From Candidatus Dormiibacterota bacterium (GTDB lineage Bacteria > Vulcanimicrobiota > Vulcanimicrobiia > Vulcanimicrobiales > Vulcanimicrobiaceae), in assembly GCA_035532835.1 (NCBI GenBank), contig DATKQG010000059.1, positions 6,581 to 70,580 of the forward strand: 64,000 nt of DNA, written 5' to 3'. A program made the translations under genes and the position numbers. A model generated the notes under the pieces. The model did not search any database, was not told the DNA's origin, and was given only the letters and a program-made list of their open reading frames with translations. Positions 59,194-64,000 of the stretch are shown one piece after another (position 1 is the first letter of the stretch; the number at the start of each line of letters is the position of its first letter).

Positions 59194-60740
59194 TAGGGGA
59201 GACTCCTTGTCGGATCGGTTGCGGTGAAGAGATTGTGTCCGGTCATCTGCGCGGGAACGGGTAGGCCCATCAATGTCAGCAGCGTCGGCGCCACGTCGCC
59301 GAGTTTCCCGCCGCTCGCGAGCGTCCCGCGCACGCCCGAGCCGATGAGGATAAACGGCACCGGATTGGTCGTGTGGGCGGTTAGCGCGTTGCCGTCCTTA
59401 TCGAGTTTTTCCTCGGCGTTGCCGTGATCTGCCGTGATCGCGAGCACGCCGCCCGTTTTCAGCACGGCATCGCTCAAGCGATGCAAACATGCATCGAGAA
59501 TTTGCACGCTCTCGATCGTCGGCTTCCATTTGCCGGTGTGCCCGACCATATCGGCGTTGGCGTAGTTCATCACGATCGCGTCGTACGCGTTCTCCGCCAG
59601 TTTTTTGACGGCGAACTCGGTAATTTCGTTCGCTCGCATTGCGGGCGCCAAATCGTAGGTGGCTACGGTGCGATCCGAGGCAATGAGTTCGCGATCCTCG
59701 CCCGCGAACTGCTCTTCGCGGCCGCCGTTGAAGAAGTATGTGACGTGCGCGTATTTCTCGGTCTCCGCAAGACGGAGTTGGCGCAATCCGTTGCGGGATA
59801 TCACTTCCCCGAACGTTTCGTACGTCGGGCGCGGGCCGAACAGGACCGGGTTGGGATAGGTTTCATCGTATTTCGTCATCGTGGCGAAGATGAGGTCGTG
59901 ATACGATTTTGTGACGAACGGAACGTCGCCGTCGTTGAAGGCGGTCGTCATCTGTCGCGCCCGGTCGGGACGGAAATTGAAGAAGATGCACGCGTCGCCG
60001 TCTTCGATCTGCCGCGACGGCCCGACGATGGTGGGCAGCACGAATTCATCATCTTCGCCCCGCGCGTACGCGGCATGCAGCGCGGCGATTGCATCGATAC
60101 CGCGGTGGCCCGCTTTGCCGAACGCCAGCATGTCGTACGCGAGTTGCGTGCGCTCCCACCGTTTATCGCGATCCATCGCATAGTAGCGCCCGCTCACGGT
60201 GGCGATGGAGCCGGGGCGGCCGATCGCGGCCAGACGCTCTTCGAGTTGCTCGATGTAGCGCTCCGCGGATCGCGGAGGGGTGTCGCGGCCGTCGAGAAAC
60301 GCGTGAATCGCGAGCCGTACGTCCGCGGTGACGGCGGCATCGATGAGCGCGAAGAGGTGCTCGATCGAACTGTGCACTTGTCCGTCGGAGAGCAGCCCTA
60401 GCAGGTGTAACGTTCCTCCGGTGCCCTTTACGTGTGCGATCGTGCGGAGCAGGGTGGCGTTCTTGGCAAACGCGCCGGAGGCGATGTCTTCGTCGATCAC
60501 CACCACACCCTGCGGCACCACGCGCCCGCTGCCGAGATTGATGTGCCCGACCTCGCTGTTACCCATGATGCCTTTGGGCAATCCCACCGCTTCGCCCGAC
60601 GCCTCGAGCGTCGTCCACGGATAGGTCTCAAAAAAGGCTCGCCAATGCGGCAGATCCGCAGCGGCGATCGCATTGCCGTACGCGTCGCTATTGCAACCCC
60701 AGCCATCGAGGATTGCCAGAACCATGGGGCGATTGTGCAT
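59193..60740 (-). CDS. gpmI: 2,3-bisphosphoglycerate-independent phosphoglycerate mutase
   Basis: Start trimmed from 61196 to ATG 60740 (MHNRPMVLAILDGWG). NSEVGHINLGSGR, ADHGNAE. Confidence 0.92.
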   Translation of the reverse strand: MHNRPMVLAILDGWGCNSDAYGNAIAAADLPHWRAFFETYPWTTLEASGEAVGLPKGIMGNSEVGHINLGSGRVVPQGVVVIDEDIASGAFAKNATLLRTIAHVKGTGGTLHLLGLLSDGQVHSSIEHLFALIDAAVTADVRLAIHAFLDGRDTPPRSAERYIEQLEERLAAIGRPGSIATVSGRYYAMDRDKRWERTQLAYDMLAFGKAGHRGIDAIAALHAAYARGEDDEFVLPTIVGPSRQIEDGDACIFFNFRPDRARQMTTAFNDGDVPFVTKSYHDLIFATMTKYDETYPNPVLFGPRPTYETFGEVISRNGLRQLRLAETEKYAHVTYFFNGGREEQFAGEDRELIASDRTVATYDLAPAMRANEITEFAVKKLAENAYDAIVMNYANADMVGHTGKWKPTIESVQILDACLHRLSDAVLKTGGVLAITADHGNAEEKLDKDGNALTAHTTNPVPFILIGSGVRGTLASGGKLGDVAPTLLTLMGLPVPAQMTGHNLFTATDPTRSLP

Positions 60741-60754
60741 GGGATTCCGTTTCG

Positions 60755-61504
60755 TTAGATGAGCGACGCGTTCTGGACCAGATCGGCAAAAGCATACGGA
60801 TCGAGCGAAGCTCCACCGATGAGCCCACCGTTGATGTTGGGGCGTTCCAGGTATGCCGCGGCGTTGTCGGGCTTCATGCTTCCACCATACAATAGCGATG
60901 TCTCGGCTAACCCCGGAAGGGCCGTGCGAATCAATCCCATCACGCGATCGGCCTGCGCCGCATCGCAGTTGAGTCCGGTGCCGATCGCCCAAATCGGCTC
61001 GTATGCGATCACGATACGCTGCAAATCGGCCGGCGGAATACCGTGCAACGCGGCGCGCACCTGCGCGACCACCAGCGCGTCGGTGCCTCCGGCTTCGCGC
61101 ACTTCGAGCGATTCGCCGACCGCAACGATCGGCGTGATGCCGTGCTCGAGCGCAGCCTGCGTTTTGAGATTGACGGTTCGGTCGGTCTCGCCGCAATACA
61201 TCCGGCGTTCGGAGTGGCCGACGATCACGTAGCGCACGCCGAGTTCCGCGAGCATCGGCGCGCTAATCTCACCGGTATACGCGCCGCTGGGCTCCCAATG
61301 CATCGTCTGTGCCGCGAGCGTTACGCGCGCCTGGCCCGCAAGGGCTTCGCGCGCGGCCGAGAGCGCGGTAAACGGCGGAGCGATCGCGATAGCGACGTCG
61401 GCCGGAAGGTGCGGCACGCGCTCCAAAAACGCCGCAAGGAACGCGCGCGTCTCCGCGATCGTCTTGTGCATCTTCCAGTTGCCGGCGATGAGTGTCGTCG
61501 GCAT
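60755..61504 (-). CDS. tpiA: Triosephosphate isomerase
   Basis: [33 protein letters not shown]. Confidence 0.95.
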   Translation of the reverse strand: MPTTLIAGNWKMHKTIAETRAFLAAFLERVPHLPADVAIAIAPPFTALSAAREALAGQARVTLAAQTMHWEPSGAYTGEISAPMLAELGVRYVIVGHSERRMYCGETDRTVNLKTQAALEHGITPIVAVGESLEVREAGGTDALVVAQVRAALHGIPPADLQRIVIAYEPIWAIGTGLNCDAAQADRVMGLIRTALPGLAETSLLYGGSMKPDNAAAYLERPNINGGLIGGASLDPYAFADLVQNASLI

Positions 61505-61507
61505 GGG

Positions 61508-62701
61508 TTATGCGTGGACCGGCGGCTGCAGCGCCGCGACGCCCGGCAACACGGCGCCCTCCAGAAACTCCAGCGTCGCTCCGCCGCCGGTCGAAACGTG
61601 CGTCATGCCGGCGGCAAAGCCGAGCATGTGCGCGGCAGCCGCGGCGTCGCCGCCGCCGACAACGCTCGTCGCGCCGTGAAGTGTGGCCGTTGCGATTGCT
61701 TCTCCGACAACCTGGGTGCCGCGCCGATACGGCGGCTTTTCGTAGACGCCCATCGGGCCGTTGAAAACGATCGTCTTCGCTCCGGCGATTGCCGCGGCGT
61801 ACGCCTGCGCGGTTTTGGGGCCGATATCGAGGATCATGTTTGCGCCGACCGCGTCGATCGCGACGACGTGCGCGTGCGTGTCCGCATCGAACGCATCGGA
61901 GACCACCGCGTCAACCGGTAAATGCAGCGTGACGCCTTTGGCGCGGGCCGCTGCCAGAATCTGCTTGGCCGGTTCGAGATCGCTATCTTTGAGCGACGAT
62001 CCCACGTCGATACCTTGCGCCGCGAGAAACGTGTTCGCCATGCCGCCGCCGATGCAGAAGGCATCGACGCGATCGAGGAGATGCGTGAAGACGCCGACCT
62101 TATCGCGTACTTTCGCTCCGCCGATCACGCAGATGAAGGGACGCGGCGGGTGATCGATGAGCGCAGCCAGTGCGCGCAGCTCGGCTTCCATCAGGAGCCC
62201 CGCAGCATTTGGCAACAGATGGGCGACGCCTTCGGTCGATGCATGCGCGCGGTGCGCGGTTCCGAATGCGTCGTTGACGTACAGGTCACCGAGCGAGGCG
62301 AGCTCGCGCGCGAAGCCGGGATCGTTCTGCTCTTCACCGGCGTGAAAACGCACGTTTTCGAGTACGAGGATGTCGCCGTCGCGTAAGGCGTTCGCGGCGG
62401 ACTGCGCCGCGGCGCCGATGCAATCCGGTGCGAAAGCCACCGCAAAACCCAAGCGTTCGGCGAGCGCGGCCGCCACGGGACGCAACGAGTACTTTGGGTC
62501 TGCCTTGCCGTCGGGGCGCCCGAGGTGCGACATGACGATGATGCGCGCGCCGCGTTCGCGCAACGTTCGCAGCGTGGGGAGCGCTGCGTCGATGCGCGTG
62601 TAATCGGCCACGGCGCCGTCGTTCATGGGGACGTTGAGGTCTTCGCGAACCAGGACGCGCTTGCCGCGAACGTCCAGATCGTCGATCGTGCGGAAATTCA
62701 A
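61508..62701 (-). CDS. pgk: Phosphoglycerate kinase
   Basis: [38 protein letters not shown]. Confidence 0.95.
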   Translation of the reverse strand: MNFRTIDDLDVRGKRVLVREDLNVPMNDGAVADYTRIDAALPTLRTLRERGARIIVMSHLGRPDGKADPKYSLRPVAAALAERLGFAVAFAPDCIGAAAQSAANALRDGDILVLENVRFHAGEEQNDPGFARELASLGDLYVNDAFGTAHRAHASTEGVAHLLPNAAGLLMEAELRALAALIDHPPRPFICVIGGAKVRDKVGVFTHLLDRVDAFCIGGGMANTFLAAQGIDVGSSLKDSDLEPAKQILAAARAKGVTLHLPVDAVVSDAFDADTHAHVVAIDAVGANMILDIGPKTAQAYAAAIAGAKTIVFNGPMGVYEKPPYRRGTQVVGEAIATATLHGATSVVGGGDAAAAAHMLGFAAGMTHVSTGGGATLEFLEGAVLPGVAALQPPVHA

Positions 62702-62710
62702 GGCGCGGTG

Positions 62711-63724
62711 CTAGGCGTTCGCCGGAATTTTTTCGAGGATCATCGAGGTGAGATCCGCGAGGCGGCACGAGTATCCCCACTCGTTATCGTACCAAGCGGC
62801 GATTTGAATCAAATCCCCGTTGGCGTTGGAGAGTTTGCTATCGATGATCGAGCTGAAGGGCGAGCGCTTGAAATCGCTGGAGACCAGCTCCTCTTCGCAG
62901 TACTGCACGTAGGCTTTCAAATCGGTCTGGCTGCTGCGCTGCAGGATCGCGTTCAATTCGGCCTTGGTCGTTTCGCGCTTGACTTGCGCGACGAGGTAGA
63001 TCATCGAGACGGTCGGCGTCGGTACCCGCAGCGCGAACCCGTCGAACGTTCCCTCGATCTCGGGAATGGTTAGGTAGAGCGCTTTCGCAGCACCGGTCGA
63101 TGTCGGGATGATGTTGGTCGCGGCATTGCGCGCGCGGCGCAGATCTTTGTGCGGGGCGTCCAGGATATTTTGATCGTTGGTGTACGAATGGATCGTCGTC
63201 ATAAAGCCCTTGACCCAGCCGAGGTGTTCGACGATCGGCCTGACGGCAGTCGCCAAGCAGTTGGTCGTGCACGACGCATTCGAGATGACGTTGTGCACGG
63301 CCGGGTCGTATTGCTGGTGATTGACGCCCAGCACGACCGTGATATCTTCGCCTTTGGCGGGCGCCGAGATGATGACTTTTTTAGCGCCGCCGCCGTCGAT
63401 ATGCGCGCGCGCCTTGGCCGCATCGGTAAAGAGTCCCGTCGATTCGATGACCACGTCGACGCCGAGCTGTTTCCAGGGCAGTTTGCCCGGATCGCGTTCG
63501 GCGAGAACTTTGATGCGTTGGTTATCGATCGCCAACGTGTCGCCGTCGACGCCGACGCTACCGCCGAACGTGCCGTAGTTGCTATCGTACTTAAAGAGGT
63601 GCGCGCACTCGGCGGCACTGGTCAAATCGTTGACCGCGACGATCTCGACGCCCGGGTGGCGCTCCATCAACGCCTTGGCAAAATTTCTCCCGATGCGGCC
63701 GAAGCCGTTGATTCCAATTCGCAT
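62711..63724 (-). CDS. gap: Type I glyceraldehyde-3-phosphate dehydrogenase
   Basis: [23 protein letters not shown] active site, WYDNEWGYS. Confidence 0.95.
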   Translation of the reverse strand: MRIGINGFGRIGRNFAKALMERHPGVEIVAVNDLTSAAECAHLFKYDSNYGTFGGSVGVDGDTLAIDNQRIKVLAERDPGKLPWKQLGVDVVIESTGLFTDAAKARAHIDGGGAKKVIISAPAKGEDITVVLGVNHQQYDPAVHNVISNASCTTNCLATAVRPIVEHLGWVKGFMTTIHSYTNDQNILDAPHKDLRRARNAATNIIPTSTGAAKALYLTIPEIEGTFDGFALRVPTPTVSMIYLVAQVKRETTKAELNAILQRSSQTDLKAYVQYCEEELVSSDFKRSPFSSIIDSKLSNANGDLIQIAAWYDNEWGYSCRLADLTSMILEKIPANA

Positions 63725-63754
63725 GCACCAGCTCTCCGTGGACGTAGCGCGGTT

Positions 63755-64000
63755 TTACCGTGGGTTCCGGGGTTTACCGGGCTTGCTCCCTTGAGCCCTT
63801 CCAGACCGAAGCTTGGCCGCTAGGCGCGTGAGGGCGGTGAGACGGCTGGAGACGGTGGGTTTGCCGATGGGCGGGTTGCAACGATTGCCGATCTCTGCGA
63901 GGGATTCGCCCGGATGGGCAAGGCGAAGCTCCGCGATTTCCCGCAATGGCGGCGAGAGTTGGCCCAGGCCATAGGCATTCGCGATATAGGCTATCGTCTG
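63755..64000 (-). CDS. whiA: DNA-binding protein WhiA, C-terminal HTH part (N-terminus beyond the right edge)
   Basis: Hand translation continues the track's 63755..63946 ORF to the window edge: QTIAYIANAYGLGQLSPPLREIAELRLAHPGESLAEIGNRCNPPIGKPTVSSRLTALTRLA, matching the WhiA C-terminal HTH. whiA-gap-pgk-tpiA synteny as in Actinobacteria and other Gram-positive lineages. Confidence 0.8.
   Translation of the reverse strand, partial: QTIAYIANAYGLGQLSPPLREIAELRLAHPGESLAEIGNRCNPPIGKPTVSSRLTALTRLAAKLRSGRAQGSKPGKPRNPR

Overview
High-GC bacterial chromosomal segment, densely coding: about 64 CDS and 1 tRNA. No rRNA, CRISPR array, transposase or integrase was seen. Most genes are housekeeping, and the gene order is typical of Terrabacteria (whiA-gap-pgk-tpiA-gpmI; yggS-sepF-divIVA; lgt/lspA; csaB). 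The lineage cannot be fixed without a database search.

Main blocks:
1. A complete form-I aerobic CO dehydrogenase cluster, coxM-S-L-G, XdhC/YHS fusion, coxD, coxE, second XdhC (9.96-18.2 kb).
2. A csoR-copZ-copA copper operon whose promoter looks leaderless and carries the operator.
3. A DUF5693-like/csaB/ileS operon behind a structured leader that ends in a terminator.
4. A signalling island at 44.4-53.3 kb. Its centre is a soluble 2010-aa hybrid histidine kinase made of about 11 in-phase 276-bp (92-aa) HAMP-pair repeats, a GAF domain, HisKA/HATPase and three receivers. It is translationally coupled to a CheR-like protein with a degenerate SAM motif, and flanked by partner-switching parts (a GAF-PP2C-RsbW-like fusion and a STAS protein).
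5. An isolated flgF-flgG-rod-binding-fliA mini-cluster followed by unknown ORFs.

Block 4 is my best candidate for an undescribed system. Every component belongs to a known family, so any novelty lies in the combination, and that is inference.

Many ORF-track entries carry spurious N-terminal extensions or are antisense high-GC artefacts. I trimmed starts by hand using overlaps, RBS-like motifs and family N-termini. Two edge-truncated genes missing from the track (1-3056 minus, 63755-64000 minus) were found by hand translation.
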